Below, one piece after another: positions 8,372 to 17,379 of a stretch of DNA of 64,000 nucleotides. Under the pieces are notes generated by a model that worked only from the letters and a program-made list of their open reading frames with translations, did no database searches and had not been told where the DNA came from. Each line of letters begins with the position of its first letter. The stretch's first letter is position 1. This stretch comes from Acidobacteriota bacterium (GTDB lineage Bacteria; Acidobacteriota; UBA890; WLXD01). The translations under genes were made by a program, and so were the position numbers. The DNA lies in contig CBDFKD010000002.1 in NCBI GenBank assembly GCA_965248695.1, positions 1,440,001 to 1,504,000 on the forward strand, read 5' to 3'.

Positions 8372-10825
8372 ATGGCCAAGCCGCCCTCGAAAAATCAGCG
8401 AGCAGGTCCGCCCAAGACGCTAGAGGTCGTATCGCGGTCGGGCACGCGCACGCGCTTTCTCCGCGGCATGGTGACCCACGATTTAGTGCGACGCGGCGTC
8501 GAGTTCGAGGAGGCGTACGCCATCGCGCGCCAGATTCGCGATGATCTCAAGGACCGCGATGAGGTCGCCAAGAGCGAGCTGCGAGAGCTCATCGCCGCAG
8601 CGCTGGCGCAACGGCTCGGCCCCGATGTGACCTCCGAGCTGGCGACGACGGACGAGTCTGAGCCGTTCATGGAGGTGGTTACGAAGGGGCAGACACATCC
8701 GTTCTCCAAGGGGTTGCTGGCGGAGTCGATCTACGCCAGCGGGGTCGCTGCCGAACACGCTTACCGGCTGGCTGCGGAGGTCGAGGCACAACTCCGGAGC
8801 GAGGCCGTCGACAGCCTGCCGAGTACCGAGGTCGCGCGCCGTGTAGACGTGCTCCTGGAGCGCCACGCCGGCGTCAAGGCCAAGCTGCGGTACCGAACGA
8901 TCCGCCGCATCAATCGATTGCCGCGCCCGGTGATCGTCTACATCGGAGGTGCAAGCGGCACCGGCAAGTCGAGCCTGGCGCTGCAGCTCGCCCCTTTGCT
9001 TCGCATCTATCGAGTCTCGTCGACCGACACGATCCGTCAGGTCATGCGCATGGTATTCACGCCCGAGATCCTGCCGGCACTGCATCACTCGAGCTTCGAG
9101 ATCACCAGCCGAGAGACTGGCGCCGACCATTTCATGGCCGACACCCCGGGCACCCTGCTGGAGAGCTACGAGGAGCAGGCACGGCGCGTTTGCGTCGGCA
9201 CCCGCGCGGTCATCGAGCGCGCCATCGAGGAGAACGTCAGCATCATCGTCGAAGGCGTCCACCTGCTACCGGGCCTGGTGCCCTTCACGGATCTCGCCGG
9301 CGAAGCGTACCAAGTGGCCATCATGCTCGGCACTCCCGACGAGGAGTCGTTTCGCGCCCGCATCCTCACGCGTGCTCCCGGCGGGCCGCGGCGGGCGGCG
9401 CGCTACCTCGACGCCCTGGACGACATCCGGGCGATCAACGATCACCTGATGCATATGGCTGAAGCGCACGATATTCCGTTCCTCGACACGTCCCGCGACG
9501 GCGATCCCGAGAGCCACGCGGTGCAGCTGGTGACGGCTGAGCTGGAGCGTCAGGTACCGGCGCTGGCGCACGCCGACTGGGTCGAATCGCACGGCGAGAC
9601 GGCCACGCTGCTGCTGATCATCGACGGGGTCGCAGATCGGCCGGTACGGGCTCTCGGCGGCCGCACCCCGCTGCAGGCGGCGCACACACCGAACCTCGAT
9701 CGGCTGGCGCGTGAGGGCATTCTCGGGTTGGCGGACCCGGTGGCGCCGGGCGTGGTGCCGGATACGGCCGCGGGCACGCTGGCTTTGTTCGGCCAATCGC
9801 CACGCGCCTTGAAGCGTGGACCCGTGGAGGCGCTCGGCGCCGGCCTGGAAATGCATCCCGGTGACGTCGCGGTGCGCGCCAATCTGGCGACCATCGACGA
9901 TGACGGCAACGTGGTCGATCGACGCGCCGGACGCATACGCGACGATGCCGATGCGCTGGCTGCGGCTCTGGATGCGATCCAGCTACCGGAGAGCATCACG
10001 CGCGGCGTACAGGTGCGAATCAAGGCGGCCACCGAACACCGACTGGCGATCGTCGCCCACGGGCCGAACCTGTCACCGGCGATCACTGGCAGCGACCCCG
10101 GCGACGTCGCGTCTGCTGGGCCGCCGCTCGTGGTGGAGCCCATCGACGCCGCGAACAAGGCAGCCTCCCACACCGCAGCGGTGCTCTCGGCGCTCGAAGC
10201 CGAGGCTCGCGCGGTACTGGAAGCTCACCCGATCAACAAGCGACGAAAGGAGCACGGCAAGCCGCCGGCCAACGCCGTGTTGAGTCGTGGAGCGGGCCGA
10301 TTGCACCGGCTGGTCACGCTCGAGGAGGCTGGAATCCCGCTGCACGTCTCGTGCATCAGCGGCGATCTGACGATCATCGGACTAGCTCGCTGGCTGGGAG
10401 CGGAAACCGTCTGCGAGCCGCACATGACGGCCAACCTCGACACCGACCTGGCCGCCAAGATGACCGCGGCGATGAACGCGCTCGAACAGGGCGACCTGAC
10501 GATCGTGCATGTCAAGGGCGCTGACATCGCCGCCCATGACCGCCGACCGGATTTGAAGATGCAGTTTCTCGAGCGACTCGACCGCGAGCTGGGCGTCTTG
10601 CTCGACGCGTACGCCGACCGGCCCTTGCGCATCGGCGTGGCATCGGATCATGCGACGCTGTCGGAAAGCGGCCAGCACGCTGCCGACCCGTTGCCGGTGC
10701 TGCTGTGGGGCGCCGGCTTCGAAGCCGACGGTGCGCAGCGATTCGACGAGCTCGCGGCGGCAACGGGTGCGCTCGGTCGGTTCCCGCTGCAGATACTGCT
10801 CGGGCGGCTGTTCGAGCTCGGCTAG
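8372..10825 (+). CDS. Fusion: two ATP-cone domains + 2-phosphoglycerate kinase-like P-loop kinase + archaeal-type cofactor-independent phosphoglycerate mutase (ApgM)
   Basis: PFSKGLLA cone motif; GGASGTGKS, TDTIRQVMR, PALHHSSF, IVEGVHLLPG; from ~9598 LLIIDGVADRP...TPLQAAHTPNLDRLA, RGPVEALG, HVKGADIAAHD, SDHAT, HAADPLP. Confidence 0.85.
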   Translation: MAKPPSKNQRAGPPKTLEVVSRSGTRTRFLRGMVTHDLVRRGVEFEEAYAIARQIRDDLKDRDEVAKSELRELIAAALAQRLGPDVTSELATTDESEPFMEVVTKGQTHPFSKGLLAESIYASGVAAEHAYRLAAEVEAQLRSEAVDSLPSTEVARRVDVLLERHAGVKAKLRYRTIRRINRLPRPVIVYIGGASGTGKSSLALQLAPLLRIYRVSSTDTIRQVMRMVFTPEILPALHHSSFEITSRETGADHFMADTPGTLLESYEEQARRVCVGTRAVIERAIEENVSIIVEGVHLLPGLVPFTDLAGEAYQVAIMLGTPDEESFRARILTRAPGGPRRAARYLDALDDIRAINDHLMHMAEAHDIPFLDTSRDGDPESHAVQLVTAELERQVPALAHADWVESHGETATLLLIIDGVADRPVRALGGRTPLQAAHTPNLDRLAREGILGLADPVAPGVVPDTAAGTLALFGQSPRALKRGPVEALGAGLEMHPGDVAVRANLATIDDDGNVVDRRAGRIRDDADALAAALDAIQLPESITRGVQVRIKAATEHRLAIVAHGPNLSPAITGSDPGDVASAGPPLVVEPIDAANKAASHTAAVLSALEAEARAVLEAHPINKRRKEHGKPPANAVLSRGAGRLHRLVTLEEAGIPLHVSCISGDLTIIGLARWLGAETVCEPHMTANLDTDLAAKMTAAMNALEQGDLTIVHVKGADIAAHDRRPDLKMQFLERLDRELGVLLDAYADRPLRIGVASDHATLSESGQHAADPLPVLLWGAGFEADGAQRFDELAAATGALGRFPLQILLGRLFELG

Positions 10826-11100
10826 CAGGCCGTGGTGAAAGTGTGGCGGGCCTGGCGACAGGGTCTTGCGTGGTGGAGGCAAGGAGAGAGGAGGAGGCGA
10901 TGGTTACCCCATCGTTGACGACGAACGACGCAGCATACGCGCGCAACCCCCTGTCGCCCAGAGGGTTACGGTGATTTGGGTCCATCTGCGGCGTTGGCCT
11001 TCCTCGACGATGGCTAGGGCATCGCCAGTGGCAGGCCGCCTTCCATATGGCCCCAACTCACCGCAACCAGGCCCACCACACTTCCACCACGGCCTGCTAG
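10822..11100. mobile_element. 279-bp MITE-like element, copy 2 (inverted relative to copy 1)
   Basis: Same TIRs and CTAG ends; about 17 substitutions and no indels versus copy 1 by manual alignment (~94% identity). Confidence 0.88.
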
Positions 11101-11110
11101 CCGGGCTCTC

Positions 11111-12280
11111 CTACTCGGCGCCGCCCAGGACGGTGTCTGCCGGCTCACTGATTACGGTGTCGCGCAGGAAGCCCGGGGTCCCGTCGGCCAGGGACACGCG
11201 ATAGTAGCTTCCCGTCGCCGCCCAGATGCGTAGCCGCGTGTCGGCATCGAGCTGGCGCAGCACGTCGGATCGACGGCTCGGGCGCTCCTGCAGAGCGGTC
11301 TCGTCGCCGCGCGTGATGCCCCAAGCGCCAACTCGGCTGGCGTCAGCGCTCACCGCCACCGGATCGGCGCGCGGCTGACGAAGGAAGTTCGTCGGATCGA
11401 TCGGCCCGTTCGAGTAGATGGCAAAGTGGAGATGCGGTGGGGTCGTGCGCGCGTTGCCGCTGTTGCCGACATACCCGACCACGTCGCCGGGCTCCACCCA
11501 CGTACCAGCCTCCACTGCCTGTGACTCGAGGTGGGCGTAGTAGAGGCTCAGGCCACGTTCGCGGTCGTGTAGCCACACTACGTTGCCGCCGAGGCGCTGC
11601 TCACCGACTCGCCGCACGTAGGCACGCGACGTCGCCAGCGCCGGCGTGCCGCGGCCGGCGAAGATGTCGACGCCATGATGGCTGCGACGACCGGCATCCC
11701 GCGGCGCGCCGAACGAGCTCTGGATGTCGGTGACATCGTGGTCCTGGACAGGGAACTGGAGCGTCGGAACCAGGCGCATCTCGAGCTCGAACTCGCCGCC
11801 GCGAAGGAGCTCCGGCTGCAGTCTGAGCAGGTATTCGGCATCGCGCCGCGGCTCAAACATGAGACGCGTCTCGGTTGCCGGCGCGCTCGCCACGTGAAGC
11901 GGCTCGGCATCGGCATCGACCCGAAACAGGTCGAGAAAGAGACGTGGAGGCGTGTCAGAGTCGATCTCGACCGCCACTTCGATTCGCTGGCCCCGAAGCG
12001 CCGAGAAACGGTAACCGGAGCCGTGCGCGGCCCGCGCATCGAACGCTCCGCGCTCGCGGTATGGCAGCTGCAGGCGAACGGGATTGTCGGTGGCGCGCGC
12101 CGCAGCGTCCACCCAGTCGCGCGCCAGGGCGCTCGATGCCAACCCCGCCTCGTAGAGGCCGTGCCGGTAGGCGTCCCAGGCGCTACTGGGTCGATAGGGC
12201 TCCGGGACGATCTCCTCCTGAGCGCACGCCGAGCACGCCAGGAGGACCAGGGCGGCGCGGCAATTGCGGAGATTCGGCAC
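11111..12280 (-). CDS. M23 family metallopeptidase lipoprotein with C-terminal SH3-like domain
   Basis: HHGVDIFA, YYAHL, VGNSGNA, PPHLHF; lipobox-like CSAC. Confidence 0.88.
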   Translation of the reverse strand: MPNLRNCRAALVLLACSACAQEEIVPEPYRPSSAWDAYRHGLYEAGLASSALARDWVDAAARATDNPVRLQLPYRERGAFDARAAHGSGYRFSALRGQRIEVAVEIDSDTPPRLFLDLFRVDADAEPLHVASAPATETRLMFEPRRDAEYLLRLQPELLRGGEFELEMRLVPTLQFPVQDHDVTDIQSSFGAPRDAGRRSHHGVDIFAGRGTPALATSRAYVRRVGEQRLGGNVVWLHDRERGLSLYYAHLESQAVEAGTWVEPGDVVGYVGNSGNARTTPPHLHFAIYSNGPIDPTNFLRQPRADPVAVSADASRVGAWGITRGDETALQERPSRRSDVLRQLDADTRLRIWAATGSYYRVSLADGTPGFLRDTVISEPADTVLGGAE

Positions 12281-12391
12281 CGATTCGTCCGGGGATGGGC
12301 GGCACGTTTGGCGACGCCAACTGGCGAGAGGCGCGCCATTTAAACACGGCCCCCCGGGCCGACCGCAACGTCAAAGGCCACGGTTCGACGG

Positions 12392-13330
12392 ATGTATGAT
12401 CCCATCATGAACCCCGTCCGCCCCCTGTTGCTGGCGATGGCCGCCTCGCCGACGTGGAAGAGGTTGCTGACCGGATTGCCGTTGACACACCGAGTCGTCG
12501 CCCGCTTTGTGCCCGGCGAGACCCTCGCGGAGGCGCTCGGAGCCGTCCGTCAGCTGAACGACGACGGCATGCTGGCAACATTGAATCCACTGGGCGAGAA
12601 CGTCAGCGGTCCGCAGGAGGCAACGGCAGCAACCGATGCGTACATCGAGATACTGGAGCGCATCGCGGCCGAGAAGCTAGATTGCAACATCTCGCTCAAA
12701 CTGACGCTACTGGGACTCGATTCGGGTGCTGATCTGGCAACGGCCAACCTGGAGCGCGTGCTGTCGGTGGCGGCCAGCTTCGGCAACTTCGTGCGCATCG
12801 ATATGGAGGCCTCGGAGTATGTCGACGCGACGCTTGAGGTGGCCGAGAGCCTGCGTGGGCGCTTCGATAATTTCGGGCTCGTGGTGCAGAGCTATCTGTT
12901 GCGCACCGCGGACGATGTCGAGGCACTGGTGCGAAGCGGGACACCGCTCAGGATCGTCAAAGGGGCGTACAACGAACCGGAGACTGTCGCGTTCGCCGCC
13001 AAGGCAGACGTCGACCGTAGCTACGGTCGCATCCTCGATCGGCTGGCAGCGGAAGACGCACGTGGAAACGGGGTAAGGGTGGCGGTGGCTTCGCACGACC
13101 CGGCGCTCGTAGCCCATGGGCGCGAGATCATCGACCGACTCCGGTTGGAGGGTTGGGAGTTCCAGATGCTGTACGGCATCGGACGACCCCTCCAGCGGCA
13201 GCTGGTCGAGGAGGGGTACACCGTCCGTGTCTACGTGAGCTACGGCCCCTCGTGGTATCCGTGGTTCATGCGGCGACTGGCGGAGCGCCCCGCCAACATC
13301 GGCTTCTTCTTGCGTCATCTATTCGGCTGA
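12392..13330 (+). CDS. Monofunctional proline dehydrogenase
   Basis: RFVPGET, ISLKLT, FVRIDME, LRIVKGAY, ASHD, EFQMLYGI, WFMRRLAERPAN. Confidence 0.93.
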   Translation: MYDPIMNPVRPLLLAMAASPTWKRLLTGLPLTHRVVARFVPGETLAEALGAVRQLNDDGMLATLNPLGENVSGPQEATAATDAYIEILERIAAEKLDCNISLKLTLLGLDSGADLATANLERVLSVAASFGNFVRIDMEASEYVDATLEVAESLRGRFDNFGLVVQSYLLRTADDVEALVRSGTPLRIVKGAYNEPETVAFAAKADVDRSYGRILDRLAAEDARGNGVRVAVASHDPALVAHGREIIDRLRLEGWEFQMLYGIGRPLQRQLVEEGYTVRVYVSYGPSWYPWFMRRLAERPANIGFFLRHLFG

Positions 13331-13461
13331 GAGAGTCGCCCGGTGTCACCGCTCGTTTTCCCCCCGAACCCACGGTACGCTCTCGGATTCTGGCAGACCG
13401 CCATCATGCTTCCTCCACGGCCCGCCAGCTAGCGAGATCACCGCACTCAGGAGACCGGTCG

Positions 13462-14025
13462 TTGGGCATTCCCGCTACACAGATCAAGCGCGGCATGGTG
13501 CTGGACATCGACGGCGAGTTGCTGCGCGTCCACGAATTCACCCACGTCACGCCGGGGAAAGGTCAAGCGGTCATGCAGACCAAGCTGCGCAACATGCGTA
13601 CGGGGACGCTGATCGACAAGCGCTTCCGCTCGGCGGAGAACCTAGAGACGGCGCACGTAGATCGACGCACGATGCAATACCTCTATCTGGACGGCGATCT
13701 CTACACGTTCATGGATCTGGAAACCTACGAGCAGACAGGATTGGCTGCCGACAAGCTGCAAGAAGAGGCACCCTTCTTGCTGGAGAACACCGAGGTCAAG
13801 GTGACGTTCGTGGGCGCGGAAGCGCTGGCGATCGAGATGCCTGGAACGGTCGAAATGGAGGTCACGCAGACGGACCCCGCCATCAAGGGCGCCACCGCTG
13901 CGGCCCAAACAAAGCCCGCCACACTGCAAACCGGGCTGGTGATCCAGGTGCCACCGTTCATCAACCAGGGCGACCGCGTGCGGGTCGATACGAGCACCGG
14001 CGAGTACCTGACGCGGGCGAATTGA
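13462..14025 (+). CDS. efp: Elongation factor P
   Basis: HVTPGKGQA, KPATLQTGLVIQVPPFINQGD, DTSTGEYLTRA; TTG start after AGGAG. Confidence 0.95.
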   Translation: MGIPATQIKRGMVLDIDGELLRVHEFTHVTPGKGQAVMQTKLRNMRTGTLIDKRFRSAENLETAHVDRRTMQYLYLDGDLYTFMDLETYEQTGLAADKLQEEAPFLLENTEVKVTFVGAEALAIEMPGTVEMEVTQTDPAIKGATAAAQTKPATLQTGLVIQVPPFINQGDRVRVDTSTGEYLTRAN

Positions 14026-14071
14026 GCCACGCTGCAGTCTGCAGCGGTGGCCCAGCGGAGCGCGCCGCGAG

Positions 14072-15247
14072 ATGACAACCGACCCCTCGGCCAGCAGCGA
14101 ATCCGGCAACGGTCCCGGGGTCGGTCGACGACTAGCCGCCGACGCGCTCGCGGCCGTAATCGGCACGCTGCTGGCGTTCGTTCTGTTGCTCTACTTGCAC
14201 GGCGATCGGCATCCGGGCTGGACCTGGGCGCTCGTCTGCGGCGGCCTGGGCGGCGTCGCGATGCGCCGTTTCGTCCGCCCCAGCTACATCACCTTTCCGC
14301 CCTACCTGCGACGCCCGCTGAGCATCGGGGTGATCACGATGGGAACAGTCTTCGCCACCTGGGCCACACTCGCCCGGGAGCCTGCGTCGTACTGGTTGCT
14401 GCGCTGGCGCGAGGCGATCACTCTGCCCGTCGTCGGCGGAATCCTGGGCATCGGCCTGGCGTCGCTGATCTATACCTACCGACGTCTGGAACGCGAGATC
14501 GAGGCCAAGCAGCGGTTGGAGGACGACCTCCAGATCGCCAGCCGAATCCAGCAGAGCCTACTGCGCGGTCGCGTAGCGACACAGTCGTGGGTCGAGACTC
14601 ATGCGGTCAACATCGCCTCGCGACAGGTGGGCGGCGATTACTACGAGGTGCTGGATCGTGGCGAGCAGGGCATCTCCTTCGCGGTTGGCGACGTGTCCGG
14701 CAAGGGAGTCCCAGCGGCATTGCTCATGTCGTCCCTGCAATCCGCGTTTCTGGCTGCCTACTCGGTGCACGAAGACCTCGGCAAGGTCTGTGGGCTGGTC
14801 AATCGATTCCTCGTCGAGCGCACCACTCCGGAGCGCTACGCGACCTTCTTCGTCGGCCATCTGGCGCCGAACGGATGTCTGCGCTACGTCAATGCAGGCC
14901 ACAACCCCCCGCTGCTCATCAGCGCCCAAACCTCGGCGCGGCTGTTTGGCGGCGGGCGGCCACTGGGGCTGTTCAGCGACAGCGCCTACGAGCTGCAGGA
15001 GCGCGTCATGGAGGCCGACGAGATCCTGTTGGTCTACACCGACGGCGTCACCGAGGCAGCTGACGGCGGCGACAACGAGTTCGGCGAGGGGCGCCTGGAA
15101 CATGTGACGCGGGCGCATCAGGCCGCCACCGCCGCCGACATCAGCGCCGCTGTGCTGAGCGCAGTACACGACCACACCGGCCCGCTGGCCGATCAGGCAG
15201 ACGACATCACGCTCCTCGTACTGCGGCCACGCGAGCTCACGACGTGA
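14072..15247 (+). CDS. Membrane-anchored PP2C/SpoIIE (RsbU-like) Ser/Thr phosphatase
   Basis: VGGDYY, GDVSGKGVPAALLM, NAGHNPP, YTDGVTEA, DDIT; four N-terminal TM segments. Confidence 0.92.
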   Translation: MTTDPSASSESGNGPGVGRRLAADALAAVIGTLLAFVLLLYLHGDRHPGWTWALVCGGLGGVAMRRFVRPSYITFPPYLRRPLSIGVITMGTVFATWATLAREPASYWLLRWREAITLPVVGGILGIGLASLIYTYRRLEREIEAKQRLEDDLQIASRIQQSLLRGRVATQSWVETHAVNIASRQVGGDYYEVLDRGEQGISFAVGDVSGKGVPAALLMSSLQSAFLAAYSVHEDLGKVCGLVNRFLVERTTPERYATFFVGHLAPNGCLRYVNAGHNPPLLISAQTSARLFGGGRPLGLFSDSAYELQERVMEADEILLVYTDGVTEAADGGDNEFGEGRLEHVTRAHQAATAADISAAVLSAVHDHTGPLADQADDITLLVLRPRELTT

Positions 15248-16347
15248 GCCAGGCGACGACTCCCGCCGCCCGGCCAGCACACCGGATCGGGCTTCGAGGC
15301 GTGGTTTCGGACCTCGCCGCGGCTCTCGGCGGGGCGCTCGTGTCGCTGGTGTTGCTTTGGTACCTGCACGGCGGCTGGGAGCCGGGTTGGGCGTTGCTGT
15401 GTGGTGGCCTCAGCGGCATCGTCTTCCGGCGCCTCGTCGAACCCAGCTACGCGAGCTTTCCCTCCTACCTCCGCAACCCCATCGACAAGGCGCTGATCCT
15501 GCTGGGAACCATCGTTACGAGCTGGGCGACGCTCGTTAGGGAGCCCTCGTCGTACTGGCTGCTTCGCTGGCGCGAGGCCGTGACATTGCCCGCTCTGGCG
15601 GCGGTGCTGGGACTCGGGCTGGCCGGGGTGATCTACTCCCATGCACGCATGCGGCGGGAGATCGAGGCCGCCCGCGCCCGCGAGGCGGCAATGAGGGAAG
15701 CCGCCCTGCACGCGCGACTGCGGGCGCTGCAAGCGCAGATCAACCCACACTTCCTCTTCAACGCCTTCAACGCGCTCGCCGAGCTGACCCACGATGACCC
15801 AGCGGTCGCCGAGCAGCTCGTCGGCGACCTGGCGCACCTGCTTCGCTACACGCTGCGTTCGTCAGCCGAGGGTACAGTGCCGCTCTTCAGAGAGCTGGAG
15901 GCTGTCGGCCACTACATTCGAGTCGAGAAGGCGCGCCTCGGCGATCGCCTGCGATTCGAGCAAGAAGTCGATGCAGCTGCGCTGCAGCGCAGCATTCCGG
16001 GCCTGGTGCTGCAGCCACTGGTGGAGAACGCCGTCCAACACGCCGTTGCCACTCGCGCCGACGGCGGTACGGTCCGCCTCGGCGTGGAATGCACCGCCGA
16101 CATGTTGATCGTACGCGTCGAGGATGACGGGCCAGGCCTGCCGGATGAGTTGCAGCGACGGCTGGCATCGAGTGCCGCTGATGATGCATCCCTCGCCGAC
16201 GTCGAGCTCAGCCCGGGGACGGGTGGCGCCGGGGGCGGCCTGGCCAATGTCCTGCAACGCCTGGCGTTGCGCTACCGTGGCGCCGCCACGCTTGTGGCCG
16301 CCGGGCTCGATCCAGGAACCCGAATCGAGATGAGGATTCCGTCATGA
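15244..16347 (+). CDS. LytS/YehU-type sensor histidine kinase
   Basis: LQAQINPHFLFNAFN, LQPLVENAVQH, VEDDGPG, GLANV. Confidence 0.92.
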   Translation: MSQATTPAARPAHRIGLRGVVSDLAAALGGALVSLVLLWYLHGGWEPGWALLCGGLSGIVFRRLVEPSYASFPSYLRNPIDKALILLGTIVTSWATLVREPSSYWLLRWREAVTLPALAAVLGLGLAGVIYSHARMRREIEAARAREAAMREAALHARLRALQAQINPHFLFNAFNALAELTHDDPAVAEQLVGDLAHLLRYTLRSSAEGTVPLFRELEAVGHYIRVEKARLGDRLRFEQEVDAAALQRSIPGLVLQPLVENAVQHAVATRADGGTVRLGVECTADMLIVRVEDDGPGLPDELQRRLASSAADDASLADVELSPGTGGAGGGLANVLQRLALRYRGAATLVAAGLDPGTRIEMRIPS

Positions 16348-17117
16348 GCGTCCGCGCCGTAGCTGTCGACGATGAGCCGCTTGCCCGGCGGCGTTTGAAG
16401 AGGCTGCTCGGCGAGCACAGCGATATCGAGCTCGTCGGCATGGCGACCAACGGCACGGATGCCATCAAGGTAGTGCTCGAAGAGCGCCCGGACGTGGTCT
16501 TTCTGGACGTGCGAATGCCCGACAAGGACGGCTTGGAGACGCTGCGTGCGCTGCACGAGTTGCTACCTCAGAACGTGCGGCCGTTGGCCGTGTTCACCAC
16601 CGCCTACGAGGACCACGCCGTCGACGCGTTCGCTCTCGAGGGTACCGACTATCTCGTCAAGCCGATCGATCGCGAACAATTGTCGCGCGCCCTGAGACGC
16701 GTGCGGCAGGCACTCTGGCAGCGGCGCCCGCAGACCGACGAGGCGAGCGCCGCCGCCCCGGAGGCGGAGGCGAGCCGACGGGTGAGCGGCCACCTGGCCG
16801 GCCACCGAGCCAGCAAAATCGTCAACCTCCAGCTCGAGGACATCGCCTGTGTGAGCGTGGAGGACACCATCACCTGGGCAGATACGCCGCAGGGACGCTT
16901 CCGACTCAAGCTGGCGCTCCACGAGGCCGAGGAGCGACTGCCCTCGCCGCCGTTCGTTCGCGTGTCGCGCGCTGCGATCGTCAACCTGGAATGGATCGAT
17001 CACCTGGCACCCATGTTCTCGGGCACATACACCGCGGTGCTGCGGTCGGCGGTAGGCATCCAGGTACACGTTTCTCGACGCCGCGCCCGCGGGCTGCGCG
17101 AGCTACTCGGATGGTAG
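16344..17117 (+). CDS. LytTR-family response regulator
   Basis: VDDEPLA, FLDVRMP, FTTAY, DYLVKP; C-terminal FVRVSRAAIVN...VSRRR. Confidence 0.93.
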   Translation: MSVRAVAVDDEPLARRRLKRLLGEHSDIELVGMATNGTDAIKVVLEERPDVVFLDVRMPDKDGLETLRALHELLPQNVRPLAVFTTAYEDHAVDAFALEGTDYLVKPIDREQLSRALRRVRQALWQRRPQTDEASAAAPEAEASRRVSGHLAGHRASKIVNLQLEDIACVSVEDTITWADTPQGRFRLKLALHEAEERLPSPPFVRVSRAAIVNLEWIDHLAPMFSGTYTAVLRSAVGIQVHVSRRRARGLRELLGW

Positions 17118-17379
17118 TCACCGCCCCGAGGCCAAGGCTCACGTGGCCGCTCGGGGACCGCAATCGACCGATGGCACGGCCACCCGGCCATTCCACCTCT
17201 TTCCGTGGGCGAGCCCCGGCAGCACTGCGATACTCGAAGCTGTCGCGTTCCACCGCCCGCAGCAACCTCGGAAGTAACACATGAGAGTCGTCACGCCGCT
17301 GAGCTTCCCCCGCAACGAACAGACGAACCGGCCCTCGCCGTGCCGGGACATCCAGCGCCTCGAGCGGCGCGGCGCGAGG

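Noticed and set aside
8900-9570. Kinase domain as mevalonate-3-phosphate 5-kinase (a 2PGK homologue of the Thermoplasma route)
   Set aside because: It is fused to a phosphoglycerate mutase, lies 40 kb from the MVA operon, and that operon already has a canonical mevalonate 5-kinase.
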